Positions 39,451 to 53,064 of a DNA stretch of 64,000 nt are shown here, in pieces (within the stretch, counting starts at the first letter, position 1; the number at the start of each line of letters is the position of its first letter). Under the pieces are notes generated by a model. It ran no database searches and was not told the DNA's origin. It worked only from the letters and a program-made list of their open reading frames with translations. The translations under genes and the position numbers were made by a program. The DNA is taken from contig NC_043004.1 of assembly GCF_006345805.1 (NCBI RefSeq), forward strand, positions 40,486,001 to 40,550,000, in the 5' to 3' direction. The DNA comes from Octopus sinensis (lineage: Eukaryota).

Positions 39451-40260
39451 GTCATAAGATACAGTGTACATTTAAACACATGAGGAACACCTAAGTTCTA
39501 TAACCACAAAAATTAGGGATAAAATTTGACAGGAACGAAATGAAAAATAAAAACATTTTACCATCTAGTTTCCTGGACCAATTGGTTTCTGATTTTAGTT
39601 TAGCATGTAAATGAACCCACCAGGTGTAATCGTCTTCAGCAGGAACACCTAGGGTTAAACGTATACACACGGGGCAATCAAACTATGTGCCCCTTATTTA
39701 TATGTTCTAACTTTTTCAAAATCTACTGTGCAGCTGCAGTCCTTCACCAGCAATAGAAAAAATGCCAACTTTTAAAACCGAAAATTATCCAAAAACTTAC
39801 AATATTTCATGATATCAAAGTGAAATGGAAATTAATTGGTCCAGGAAACTTGATGGTAAAATGTTTTTATTTTTCATTTTGTTCCTGTCGAATTTTATCC
39901 CTAATTTTTTGTGGTTATAGAACCTAGCTGTTCTTTCTAGCATGTTGAATCCTATGAGTGGATTCCTTATGTGTTTAAATATACACTGTATCTTATGACT
40001 ACTATATAGTCCTTTGGACTAGATTTTTACACGTTAGACCACTGGAAATGTAAATTTTAATTAATTTCCATTTCACTTTGATGTGATGAAATATTTTTTT
40101 GGATAATTTTCGGTTTTAAAAGTTGGCATTCTTTATTACTGGCGAAGGACTGCGGCTGCGCGGTAGATTTTGAAAAACTAGGACATATAAATAAGGGGCA
40201 CGTAGTTTGATCGCCCCGTGTGTATACGTTTAACCCTAGGTGTTCCTGCTGAAGACAATT
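39451..40260. mobile_element. Hammerhead-bearing element: two oppositely oriented, circularly permuted partial monomers
   Basis: 39451-39583 inverted at 39834-39998; 39628-39837 inverted at 40059-40260; complete hammerhead at 39570-39645 (-). Confidence 0.8.
39570..39645 (-). ncRNA. Type I hammerhead ribozyme motif, intact core
   Basis: UUCCUG-CUGAAGA-C-GAUU(33 nt)AAUC-A-GAAA-CCAAUUGG-U-C-CAGGAA; 6-bp stem I; stem III is the palindrome ACCAAUUGGU; GUC cleavage triplet. Confidence 0.8.
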
Positions 40261-40884
40261 GGGAAAAAACGTTTTAACCACACAGCCATGCCTGCATCTA
40301 TATACAACCACACCTGCATCCCATATATGGGAAATGTGCAACAGGCATGAAAAATATATGCAGCAAGTAATTATGATGCAAACCAACTTGATACTAGAAA
40401 TAGCACCAAATATTGGTAAAAAGTTTAGAAAGCCACTGATAGTTTTTTTAAGATTTACCAAGAGGAAAGCCTGAGGCTTAAAATTTATGTGGTGAGGTTA
40501 TGCAGAGAAAGAATAAAATATTGAACAGGAATAAGAATTGAAATTACTACAAAGTTATAAATCATACAAGTGAAGTTTGTCCTAGAAAAAAAATCTAGAA
40601 TATAATTTTGCCATAAAAAAATGTCATTTGTGGAAGAATAACAGATTTAGATTAAATAAAAATATGAATAGACAATATCAGAATAGTAATAAAAAGAATT
40701 TGGAAAGAAAAACTGAGTTAAACAATTGTAAAGAAGCTAGTTGGAAAATCACATTGAGAGACGAAAGTATTAACTATACTGGGAAGTAATGTTTAGGGGT
40801 TCAATCCCCTGTTTACAATATATATCTAGATTCAATTAAAACTATAGGAAATATATGATAACATAGGAAAAGTGGTTCCCTTTT

Positions 40885-41105
40885 TTACCTTTTTTACTTG
40901 TTTCAATCATGTGACTGTGGCCATGCTGGAGCACCGCTTTTAGTCGAGCAAATCGACCCCAGGACTTATTCTTTGTAAGCTTAGTACTTATTCTTTCGGT
41001 CTCTTTTTTGCCGAACCGCTAAGTTACGGGGACGTAAACACACCAGCATCGGTTGTCAAGTGATGTTGGGGGGGACAAAGACACACAAACACACACATAC
41101 ACACA

Positions 41106-41140
<35 letters not shown>

Positions 41141-41303
41141 GACGGGCTTCCTTCAGTTTCTGTCTACCAAATCCACTCACAAGGCTTTGGTCAGCCTGAG
41201 GCTATAGAAGAAGATACTTACCCAAGGTGCCACACAGTGGGACTGAACCCAGAACCATGTGGTTGGTAAGCAAGCTACTTACCACACAGCCACTCCTACG
41301 CCT
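40885..41303 (-). mobile_element. SINE family A, full length
   Basis: Reverse complement of family A. Confidence 0.85.
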
Positions 41304-41328
41304 GGTTGTGCTATATATTTTAGTATTA

Positions 41329-41632
41329 CAGTAATCCCTCATCATTTTGCGGTTCACCTATCACAGTTCACCTATCACAGTTCACCTATCACAGTTCACC
41401 TATCATGGTTCACCTACCACCGTTCACCTACCACCGTTCACCTACCATGCTTTACAGTCTATTGTTTAAGCTTACATCGATTCCTCTGTGGTGTTGTTTT
41501 GGATTTACAATAAAATAAATATATACAAATTATAAAAATAATAAAAAGAAATATACCATTTCTACTTCACAGATTTTTACCTATCACGAGGGGTTTTGGA
41601 ACGTAACACCCTCGGTAGTCAAAGAATTACTG
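41329..41632. mobile_element. Tigger/pogo-type MITE with internal 14-bp tandem repeat
   Basis: TA|CAGTAATCCCTC ... AAGAATTACTG|TA; GTTCACCTATCACA about 7 times at 41352-41448. Confidence 0.7.
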
Positions 41633-41670
41633 TATTTTAGTAGTAATTTTTTTATTATATTCATACATGC

Positions 41671-41707
<37 letters not shown>

Positions 41708-43089
41708 CGCGTGTGTGCTCAACTGTTTTTTTTTTATATTCAAATTTCTCAATAATAAAATTCCAACACAGAAACAGCTTTTTGATAGGAATTTAGATAT
41801 CAGCTCTGTCTGTCTGTTTGTCTGTCTGTATGTATGTATATATACACGCATGCATGTATGCGTGTAAGTAAATATGTATGTAGTTATGTATGTATCTATT
41901 TATGTATCTATCTATTGCCTATGTGTTTTTATGGATGTAAGCATTTGTGTATGTATGTATCTATATATGTATTTGTGTGTAAGTGCACCTGTATATATGT
42001 ATGCACATATGAATGCAAGTGTGTATGTATATGTGCACATGTGTGCCTGTAATTAAGTATGTACATGTATGTTTGTATGTGTGTATATGTACACATGTAT
42101 ATATGAGTGTATGTATGAATGTATGTATGCATGTATGTATGCATGTATGTATGTATATATGTATGTATTTATGTATGTATGTGTGTAAGTATACATGTAT
42201 TATGTATATGCTTAGGAGTATGCATGTATGCATATGTGTTGATGTATACATGAATGTATGTATGTACATATTTTTATGTATGCATGTATATGTATATATG
42301 TGTGTGTGTATACATGCATATAAACAAATATATAGTTTCATACATGCAAACATACATGCATACATACCACACATATATACATCATACATACATACATTTA
42401 CACACACATACACACATGTAATACACGTATACATACATAAATACATACATATGCACATACACAAATTCACACAAGCATATATACACACACTACACACTTA
42501 AACATCACACACAACACCAACTTCTTATATTTATAGTTTGATCTTTCAAAATTGCAATGTATAGTGTTTTGGCTGCAACGTCAGGTCTCTCATGTAGATA
42601 GCATTTTTCTGACATTTTCAGGCAGATCTTTATGATGTGGGTCACATCTTCGGTGTTAATTCCAAAGTCTGCTTTGATTACATCATGTAGGTGTTTGCCA
42701 TAATTCCCCTTCACCTTTTCTGCATCAGGTCTTTTGTTGTTACATTCTGTTCGTGGATTATAAAAGCATAACCTTCAAAGCAAGAGTTAATCTAATTAGT
42801 GCTGGACCAAGATAAACTACTTTAGCTATCTCTGTTACTGTCAGCTTTCTGACAAAGTTGCCGTACATGACTTTCTGCTGATAAGCCAAAAACCCTTTCA
42901 TCTAAAGTACTGTTGTGACAGAGCTGTGAAACTTTTCATGGTATGTATCTTTGGTCATCTGGTAAGAAATAGCTTACTGTATGCTGGTACATATGTAAGC
43001 ATGTACGTACGTATGAATGTACGTATGTACGTACGTATGTATGTACATACGTACGTATGTACATATGTATGTATTATGTACGTATATAT

Positions 43090-43495
43090 CACTCTTTTAC
43101 TCTTTCACTTGTTTCAGTGATTTGACTGTGGCCATGCTGGAGCACCGCCTTTAGTCGAACAAATCGACCCTAGGACTTATTCTTTGTAAGCCTAGTACTT
43201 ATTCTATCGGTCTCTTTTGCCGAACCGCTAAGTGACGGGGCTATAAACACACCAGCATCGGTTGTCAAGTGATGTTGGGGGAGACAAAGACACACAAATA
43301 TATACACACATACATACATATATACATATATATGACAGGCTTCTTTCAGTTTCCGTCTACCAAATGCACTCACAAGGCTTTGGTCGGCCTGAGACTATAG
43401 TAGAAGACACTTGCCCAAGATGCCATGCAGTGGGACTGAACCCGGTACCATGTAGTTCATAAACAAGCTACTTACCAAATAGCCACTCCTACACC
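43090..43495 (-). mobile_element. SINE family A, full length
   Basis: Reverse complement of family A. Confidence 0.85.
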
Positions 43496-43853
43496 TATAT
43501 GTATCTATATCTATTTATGTATGTATGTATGCATGTACACATGTATATATGTGTTTATGTATATTTGTATATATGTATGAACATATGTATATATTCTTTT
43601 ATTCTTTTACTTGTTTCGGTCATTTGACTGTGGGCCCTGTTGGGGCATCACCTTGAAGAATTTTTAGTCAAATGCATTGACTCCAACACTCGTTTTCCTT
43701 TTAAGAGCCTGGCACTCACATTATCGGTCTCTTTTACTGAACCCTTTAAGTTGAGGGGACTTAAACACACCAACACCGGTTGTCAAATGGTGGTGATGGG
43801 ACAATCAGACACAATCACACACACTTAGATATACACACACGCGCACACACTCA

Positions 43854-45290
43854 TGAGGGGTGTTTATTAACCCTTTCATTACTGTATTTTTTTTAGATGC
43901 TCTGTGTTTCTTTCAATTATTTTAAATATAACAAAGAATTTAGTAAAATAACTTAGTTATCATTCAGCTATTGTTAGGAACATAAATTGTGACTTAGGTT
44001 TGGTGGAAGATTTTAATTCAAAACTTATGAAAACAAGACATTTGTACTCAGAGCCAGAGCCGGTTTTAGCCGGGTTGGTAACGAAAGGGTTAAAGATTTT
44101 CCCTGACCCACTTCCGGTTATTGCAGGAAACAGAACTTGTACAGGTATAATCATACACGTCTCTATATGTCACATAGTAAATTACAGCTTTGTACTAGTA
44201 TTCGTTTGTCTTTTGCGGTTGCTGGAGTGGACTAAGGTGTTATAATGGAGGTAGTTGAATGCAGATTAGTGATCAGGTTCCTATACTTGATAGGTTGTAT
44301 ACCAAAAGGGACTTTCAATGAGATGAAAGAAGTTTATCGTCACAATGCCCCTCCCCCCCCCACCATATAATGTGGTCAAGCACTGGCATCACCAACTGAA
44401 ATGTGGTCGAACATCAGTGGAAAATGCTCCTGTTCTTGGACGACTACATCTTACCATCATAAAGTGGAAGGTGCTATTTTTGAGGATCGCCACATAACTA
44501 TTCGGCAACTGTTCCAAGAAGTGAAGATAAGTGTAGGGTCTATGGAAAAACATCATTCACAACCATTTTCATATGTGGAAGTTGTGTGCATGATGGATTC
44601 CCTGGATGCTCACACTTTTTCAGAAGCAGGAACAAGTCAATTGCGCCCAGGCTCATTTGGCAATGTGCCAAGAAAATGAGGAAGACTTTTTCAGCAGACT
44701 TATCACATTGGCTGAAACATGATAACTCACCACCTACAAAGAAGGCTCATGTCCATCTCTCACCAGGCAAGGTGATGCTCAGTCTTTTGGGACCAGCGTG
44801 GAGTAGTGATGATGGCAAAGGGCACCACAATTAACTTCTCTACTGCTGAAATTGTGGGACAGCATCAAAGCAGAGAGATGTGGCATGTTGACCAAAGGAG
44901 TCTACCTCCTCCAAGATGATGCCCCAGTTCCCCATGTGCATGTTACTCAGATGAAAGCACACTACTGGGGCTTTGAAATCCTTCCTTGTCCCCCTTACTC
45001 TCCCGACCTCGAACCATCTGCCTTCCACCTCTTTCCAAACATAAAGTTTTTTTTCAAGGGGAAGCAGTTTTCAGATGACAATGAACTTGTTTCTGAGGTA
45101 AAGTCTTGGCTCCAGATGCAACCTACTGACTTCTACAGACGAGATCTTCAAAGCTGGCATAAAATACTGGCAGAAGTGTGTCACTATTGGTGGTGGCTAT
45201 GTAAAGGAGGACTAATAATTATGCCAAATTTTGTTTATCTCAGTTCTTGGGAAGTGGGTCAGGGGAAATCATTAATGAAGAACCCCCTCA
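43854..45290 (+). mobile_element. Decayed mariner transposon
   Basis: TIR TGAGGGG...GATTTTCCCTGACCCACTTCC mirrored at 45249-45290; LLQDDAP and PPYSPDLEPSAFHLF in ORF 44852-45316. Confidence 0.85.
43871..44089. mobile_element. piggyBac-type MITE inserted in the mariner left TIR
   Basis: TTAA|CCCTTTCATTAC ... GTAACGAAAGGG|TTAA. Confidence 0.85.
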
Positions 45291-45997
45291 TCAAAAATAT
45301 ACATATATATATATGACAAGCTTCTTTCAGTTTCCGTCTACCAAATCCACTCACAAAGCTTTGGTCAGCCAGAAACTATAACAGAAGACACTTGTCCAAG
45401 GTGTCACACAGTGGGACTGAACCCAGTACAATGTGGTTGGGAAGTAAGCTTCTTACCACGCAGCCATGCCTGCACCTATGTATGTATGGATGGAGGTTTG
45501 TATGACATGTGACTGGATGGATGGATTGATCAATGAATGTGTGCATGTATAAGTTTATGCATGGATGAATGTATGCATGCATGTGTGTATATGTGTATGC
45601 ATGTATTCATGTATGTATCTATGTATGGATTGATGTGTGTGTGTATAAGTGTATATATTTATGAATGTATGTGTGTGTGTGCATGTATGTATGCATTTAT
45701 GTATGTATGAATGTATTTGTATATGTGTATGTCTGTCTGCATGTATGCACAGTCACCATGAATGACAACCTTATTAAATTGGAAATTCCAATTTGCATAA
45801 TTATTGCTATTCATTTGCAGTTAAGTTAATTAAATAATTAATGAAGCATAAAGGGGCATACTGGGCAAGTAACAGTGCCTAAGAGCATTCTAAAAGAGCT
45901 GAAACTAGCCATGCCAATACCATTTCGTATATCACATATATACATCATATATATATATATATATATATTAGATAATATATATATATAATATATTATA

Positions 45998-46050
<53 letters not shown>

Positions 46051-46060
46051 CATATCTATA

Positions 46061-46141
<81 letters not shown>

Positions 46142-46460
46142 TAGACATATATATATTCACACACACCTGCACATTCATATATACATATGCCAGTAACAAC
46201 CGACTAATTCAAAACACAAAAGCAACCAAACTAAAATGACATTTACAGTGAATGTTCTTATGATGCTCAATGAAAATTATAGAGGGGAAAATTGAGAGCA
46301 AAAATATGATGTTTTAGGTATAGCCATTCACTGGATAAGTAGGGGAGAGTCTAGAGAAGAGGAAAAAAGAGGAAGGAAGAGAAGATAGAGACAGAGAGCC
46401 AAAAAAAGCATGTGTGTGTATGTGTGTATGGTTACATGATTGAAGTACATGCATATATAT

Positions 46461-46507
<47 letters not shown>

Positions 46508-46880
46508 TCATATAGTGTACTGTTTCTGTGAAGGTGAGATCAACAAAATAGTAATCCATCTGATGAGGGATAAATATTATTTAATAAACACAGTATTTAG
46601 TTTTTATGAGCTTTTAATAGTTTCATGCAATGAAAACAACTCAGACAGCATTTTATAACACATCTGGTGCAATTCATACATTCCTCAGGATTTATATACA
46701 TACACAAATGTGTGTGTATGTGCATATACATATACATACATACATATATATATATATATAATATATATATATACACCAGAGTAAGCACATAAATGTGAAA
46801 TAAGGTGGGAAAAATAGTACTCGAATACCAGAGGTAGAGTAATATGCTTTATTAATAAACCTGTGAAAGCATCTCAACCA

Positions 46881-46924
46881 AAACTGTCTGACAAATGGGA
46901 ACATGAAACTCTGAGTAACAGTTT
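46881..46924 (+). ncRNA. Type I hammerhead motif (G8A, likely CpG decay)
   Basis: AAACUGU-CUGACAA-AUG(GGAA)CAU-GAAA-CUC-U-GAG-U-A-ACAGUUU; part of stem I may come from an inversion junction. Confidence 0.6.
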
Positions 46925-46947
46925 CCATTATGTTTTTGCAGCATTAC

Positions 46948-46984
<37 letters not shown>

Positions 46985-47075
46985 TGCACAGATATATATA
47001 CATACAGGACCGCGTGTGTACCGTTGGCGATTTTTTTCCTCTCTCTTCCCTTCTCTGGATCTTTCCTTCTCCTAT

Positions 47076-47110
47076 GTTTCTGACGAAGAGCTCCACTCGA
47101 AACGATAAAC
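47076..47110 (+). ncRNA. Minimal type I hammerhead motif (U16.1A) in a ~200-bp repeat
   Basis: GUUU-CUGACGA-A-GAG(CUCCA)CUC-GAAA-CG-A-U-AAAC; host repeat 47007-47212 recurs at 63629-63825 (-). Confidence 0.6.
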
Positions 47111-47230
47111 CCTCCTTCTTTCCTTCTTTCCTGAGCGTCCAATAATACTATATTTGTTCCACGTCCTCGCATTGCTGTGTTTTTTTTGTGCTTTCATGTT
47201 TGGATTAACTATATATATATACACATATAC

Positions 47231-47265
<35 letters not shown>

Positions 47266-47529
47266 AGATAATATATAGATGTAAGAAATTAGTAAGCTTC
47301 GAGCAGTCTGTAGAAGGTGTAAAAAACAGCTTTCAGGAACAATAGTGGTTTATTGACGTAGAAGGTTGTAAATTTTTCCCATATTGAAGTCTGATAACCT
47401 GAAAAATGTTATTTTATAGTTCACGGTTAGCAGCTGGTGTTGCTGTATTAATAATATTAATCCAAAATTAGGGAATGGAATAGATTCTATTCCTTAATTT
47501 TGGATATATGTATATATATATATACATAT

Positions 47530-47576
<47 letters not shown>

Positions 47577-47959
47577 TGCATTAAAGCAATGACAGTTAAT
47601 AACAGCTTATTTTACTAACATGGTTATTTTTTCAAATATTGCACACTTCCGTTATCTTATTTAACACAATCAACTCTTTGTGTTCGTACAACATTAAAGA
47701 CAACACAACAATAACTACAATATTATTACAACAGCAACAATAACAACAACCATTACCAAAACAACAGCAATGACAACAGTCTCATAATGGCAGTATAAGA
47801 ACAATAACTATGATAGCAATAATGATGAGAACCTAACAATCAGTGTGCAGATTTCCGATACAGCGAATATATAATTGTTATTGAGGACAACAAACATTAA
47901 GGCAAGGCAAACATCTCAAGCCATATACATTATTATTATTGGAAAAAAAAATATCCAAA

Positions 47960-48015
47960 GGCTTACAGCTGTTTCTGGAATATCCCAGAGTATGGGATAT
48001 TCCATCATCAGAGAC
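47960..48015 (-). ncRNA. Type I hammerhead motif
   Basis: GUCU-CUGAUGA-UGGAAUAUCCCA(UACUC)UGGGAUAUUCCA-GAAA-CAGCUG-U-A-AGCC; 12-bp stem II, palindromic stem III, weak stem I. Confidence 0.7.
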
Positions 48016-48070
48016 AAATAGGGAAAATGAGAAGGGTATACAGTTATCTATAGCGTTCTCCTTTTCCCTA

Positions 48071-49611
48071 TTTGTCTCCAATGATGGAATATTTCATACT
48101 CTGGGATATCCCAGAAACAGCTGTAAGCCTTTGAATTTTTTTTCCAATAATAATAATGTATATGACCCAAGATGTTTGCCTTGCCTTAATGTTCATTGTG
48201 CTCTTTAACAATTATATATATATATATATATCACTGTGATCACAGTGACCGACCAGGCTATCAGATGTTGCTACACATCGCTGGTCACAATGCGCTTTGC
48301 ATTGATTTAGCTTTCAAATGACGCCACCCTGCTGGCTAAGCGAGCAGGCCAACAGAAGAAAGAGTGAGAGAAAGTTGTGGTGAAAGAGTACAGCTGGGAT
48401 TGCCACCACTCCCTGACAGAGCCTCGTTGAGCTTTAGGTGTTTTCGCTCAATAAACCATGATCCTATATCCGTGTCCTAGTCTTTATATTCAACTAAGTT
48501 GTTCAATAATGTAAGAATTATTGATATCACATTTACTCTTTTACATGACTGTGGTCATGCTGGAGCACCGCCTTTAATCGAGCAACTCGACCCCGGGACT
48601 TATTCTTTTGTAAGCCCAGTACTTATTCTATCGGTCTCTTTTGCCGAACCGCTAAGTAACAGGGACATAAACACACCAGCATCGGTTGTCAAGCAATGCT
48701 AGGGGGACAAACACAGACATACAAACATGCACATGCATATATATATACATATATACGATGGGCTTTTTTTCAGTTTCCGTCTACCAAATCCACTCACAAG
48801 GCTTTGGTCGGCCCGAAGCTATAGTAGAAGACACCTGCCCAAGGTGCCACGCAGAGGGACTGAACCCGGAACCATGTGGTTGGTAAACAAGCTATTTACC
48901 ACACAGACATTCTTATATTTAATTTATGTGTATTGTTAAACCCCACAAAACTGCAGTATTTTGTCCAAAGGACATTCCTTTAAAGATGTATAATGTTAAA
49001 AAACAAAAACACTGCTTATTTCAACTCTGGGTGAACGGAAATCTCCTCCAAAAGTGAACGAGAGTGACAAATATAGACATTTGGCTGCTTTTCTGCTCAT
49101 CAGTGCCACATTCTCCTCCAGCTTTGGACTAAATTGTTAAACCAGCAAGAATTATATATGCAAATAGTGTAGAATCTATTTGCTGGAGTGTAAAAGCATT
49201 GCACCAAGGAAAACAGAATTCAAAGTTTGTTTTAAAAGCTGTTCAATAATGTAAGAATTATCAATATCACATATTTAATGTATGTGAGTTGTTAAACGCT
49301 ACAAAGTCATGATATTTTGCCCAAAGGTAGTCCCTTCAAAGTTGTATAGTGTTGTAAAACACTGCATACCTCAAAGTGAAATAATAACCATGAAATATTG
49401 GGATTTGTCACTCCTGTTCACTTCCAGTGTGATTTTGTTTCATCCAGCTTTGAAGTATGCAGTATTTTTTTTTAACAGTATACACCTTTAAAAGGACTTC
49501 CCTTTGACGAAATATTGCAGTTTTGTAGCATTTAACAACAACCACATACCATTATGTGATATTGATAACATTTACAATATTACTGAGTTGCTTCTAACAC
49601 AAACTTCAAAT

Positions 49612-49664
<53 letters not shown>

Positions 49665-49676
49665 TGTATATATGTG

Positions 49677-49728
<52 letters not shown>

Positions 49729-51525
49729 TAATATATATAGATATTATATTGTATATATAATTATGTATATATATAAGGATGAAAAGGAACACACGAGTTG
49801 ATATGTATGAAAAAGTAATTCAAATAGAAAATGCTAAAATAATATTATAAAGACATTTCAGTCCGGTTTCAGTCATNNNNNNNNNNNNNNNNNNNNNNNN
49901 NNNNNNNNNNNNNNNNNNNNNNNNNNNNNNNNNNNNNNNNNNNNNNNNNNNNNNNNNNNNNNNNNNNNNNNNNNNNTTTGTCTCCAATGATGGAATATTT
50001 CATACTCTGGGATATCCCAGAAACAGCTGTAAGCCTTTGAATTTTTTTTCCCATAATAAAATAATGTATATACCCAAGATGTTTGCCTTGCCTTAATGTT
50101 CATTGTGCTCTTTAACAATTATAGTGGATATATATATAATATCACTGTGATCACAGTGACCGACCAGGCTATCAGATGTTGCTACACATCGCTGGTCACA
50201 ATGCGCTTTGCATTGATTTAGCTTCAAATACGCACGCCACCCTGCTGGCTAAGCGAGCCAGGCCAACAGAAGAAAGAGTGAGAGAAAGTTGTGGTGAAAG
50301 AGTACAGCTGGGATTGCCACCACTCCCTGACAGAGCCTCGTTGAGCTTTAGGGTGTTTTCGCTCAATAAACCATGATCCTATATCCGTGTCCTAGTCCTT
50401 ATATTCAACTAAGTTGTTCAATAATGTAAGAATTATTGATATCACATTTACTCTTTTACATGACTGTGGTCATGCTGGAGCACCGCCTTTAATCGAGCAA
50501 CTCGACCCCGGGACTTATTCTTTTGTAAGCCCAGTACTTATTTTATCGGTCTCTTTTGCCGAACCGCTAAGTAACAGGGACATAAACACACCAGCATCGG
50601 TTGTCAAGCAATGCTAGGGGGACAAACACAGACATACAAACACACACATGCATATATATATACATATATACGATGGGCTTTTTTTCAGTTTCCGTCTACC
50701 AAATCCACTCACAAGGCTTTGGTCGGCCTGAAGCTATAGTAGAAGACACCTGCCCAAGGTGCCACGCAGAGGGACTGAACCCGGAACCATGTGGTTGGTA
50801 AACAAGCTATTTACCACACAGACACTCTTATATTTAATTTATGTGTATTGTTAAACCCCACAAAACTGCAGTATTTTGTCCAAAGGACATTCCTTTAAAG
50901 ATGTATAATGTTAAAAAACAAAAACACTGCTTATTTCAACTCTGGGTGAACGGAAATCTCCTCCAAAAGTGAACGAGAGTGACAAATATAGACATTTGGC
51001 TGCTTTTCTGCTCATCAGTGCCACATTCTCCTCCAGCTTTGGACTAAATTGTTAAACCAGCAAGAATTATATATGCAAATAGTGTAGAATCTATTTGCTG
51101 GAGTGTAAAAGCATTGCACCAAGGAAAACAGAATTCAAAGTTTGTTTTAAAAGCTGTTCAATAATGTAAGAATTATCAATATCACATATTTAATGTATGT
51201 GAGTTGTTAAACGCTACAAAGTCATGATATTTTGCCCAAAGGTAGTCCCTTCAAAGTTGTATAGTGTTGTAAAACGCTGCATACCTCAAAGTGAAATAAT
51301 AACCATGAAATATTGGGATTTGTCACTCCTGTTCACTTCCAGTGTGATTTTGTTTCATCCAGCTTTGAAGTATGCAGTATTTTTTTTAACAGTATACACC
51401 TTTAAAAGGACTTCCCTTTGACGAAATATTGCAGTTTTGTAGCATTTAACAACAACCACATACCATTATGTGATATTGATAACATTTACAATATTACTGA
51501 GTTGCTTCTAACACAAACTTCAAAT

Positions 51526-51578
<53 letters not shown>

Positions 51579-51590
51579 TGTATATATGTG

Positions 51591-51642
<52 letters not shown>

Positions 51643-51790
51643 TAATATATATAGATATTATATTGTATATATAATTATGTATATATATAAGGATGAAAAG
51701 GAACACACGAGTTGATATGTATGAAAAAGTAATTCAAAATAGAAAATGCTAAAATAATATTATAAAGACATTTCAGTCCGGTTTCAGTCA
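48071..51790 (+). repeat. ~1.8-kb near-identical direct duplication across a 100-N gap (probable assembly artefact)
   Basis: 48071-49876 matches 49977-51790, including microsatellites; Ns at 49877-49976. Confidence 0.85.
48074..48129 (+). ncRNA. Decayed partner hammerhead motif (core CCAAUGA)
   Basis: Inverted copy of 47960-48015 with core and stem II substitutions; repeated near 49980-50035 in the duplicated block. Confidence 0.5.
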
Positions 51791-52168
51791 TTTTGAGACC
51801 TTTTCAACCTGTAACGATTAAATAATTAAATTTAGAAAAATTAAAGAAATGTTTTTTTTAAGGAATATTTGTAAAGTGTTCAAATATAAGTGGCCATTTT
51901 CCTTGTTCTGCCTTTCTCTGTCTCTCTTGTTTACACAAGTGTAAACAACACAAGTGTAAACAGAGAGACAGAGAAAGGCAGAAACAAGGAAAATGCCACT
52001 TATATTGAACACTTTACAAATATTCCTTTAAAAAACATTTCTTTAATTTTTCTAAATTTAATTATTTAATCGTTACAGTTGAAAAGGTCTCAAAATGACT
52101 GAAACCGGTACTGAAATGTTCTTTATAATATTATTTTAGCATTTTCTATTTTAACTTATTTTTTCATA
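51721..52168. mobile_element. Outward-facing palindrome (~215-bp arms) with variant hammerheads
   Basis: Arms 51721-51935 and 51951-52168 nearly identical; short duplicated centre (acacaagtgtaaaca x2). Confidence 0.85.
52073..52116 (+). ncRNA. Type I hammerhead motif with U3-A8 core variant
   Basis: CAG-UUGAAAA-GGUC(UCAAAAU)GACU-GAAA-CCGG-U-A-CUG; stem III is the palindrome ACCGGU; mirror copy with indels at 51771-51814. Confidence 0.7.
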
Positions 52169-52986
52169 TATATATATTAAAATCTTAGGGTAGCAAGAAT
52201 ATTCATCAAAAAATTATTAGTTACCAGTGGTCTAGTGAGAAAGAAAAAATTAGTCAATAGACTATAAATTATTCAGAGAAGAATACAGTGTATGTTCAAA
52301 CACAAAAGAGATACCTGAAGAATAGGATATCTGACTCGCTAGAAAGAGCAGTTAAAACTCCAAGCCACCAATTGTTGTAATTCTGAAAGTGATTGAACAA
52401 TAAAAAACTTTCACCTATATATAAAATAATGGGAACACAGAAAACATAGTTGATATTAATGCTTTATATAATGTAAATGAGTTTCATGAGATGAGCAAGA
52501 CATCTGTAATGTGAACAAATGCCACATGTTCTCATTCATCGACAATACTCAGCAAAATACTGATTGTGACAAAAATACAGACTGTTTTTTTTGTGTGTTA
52601 CTTTTTGTAAATATTTGGTGTGTAGATTCTGCATACTAAATTATCTGCAGATATGACCTTGCCTTTGCTTGAAACCATGCAAAACCACCCTGTCCACTCT
52701 GCTGGGTGGTTGGTGTTAGGAAGGACATCCAGCTGTAAAAATAAAAACTGTTCCAAAACAGACACAGAAGTCTGGTGCAGGATCCTCTTTGGCCAGTTCC
52801 TGTCAATCTGACCAACCTATGCCAGCATGGAGGACGAATGCTAAACTATGAAGATAATGATGAAGATTGTATAACCTTGTCAGATACGAGTTGGGTCTGG
52901 AACTGATTGACTGCTCTCATACCTTTTGGTAATGTCTCATGCCTTTTGACATACCTTTCAATTGTGTGTGTATATACATACAGTAT

Positions 52987-53017
<31 letters not shown>

Positions 53018-53064
53018 CGTATATATATATATGTATGTATATTATATATATATATATATGTATA

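Larger units (their letters stand above)
47867..48217. mobile_element. Outward-facing palindrome (~170-bp arms), one hammerhead motif per arm
   Basis: 47867-48040 is the reverse complement of ~48049-48217; TA-rich ends. Confidence 0.85.
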
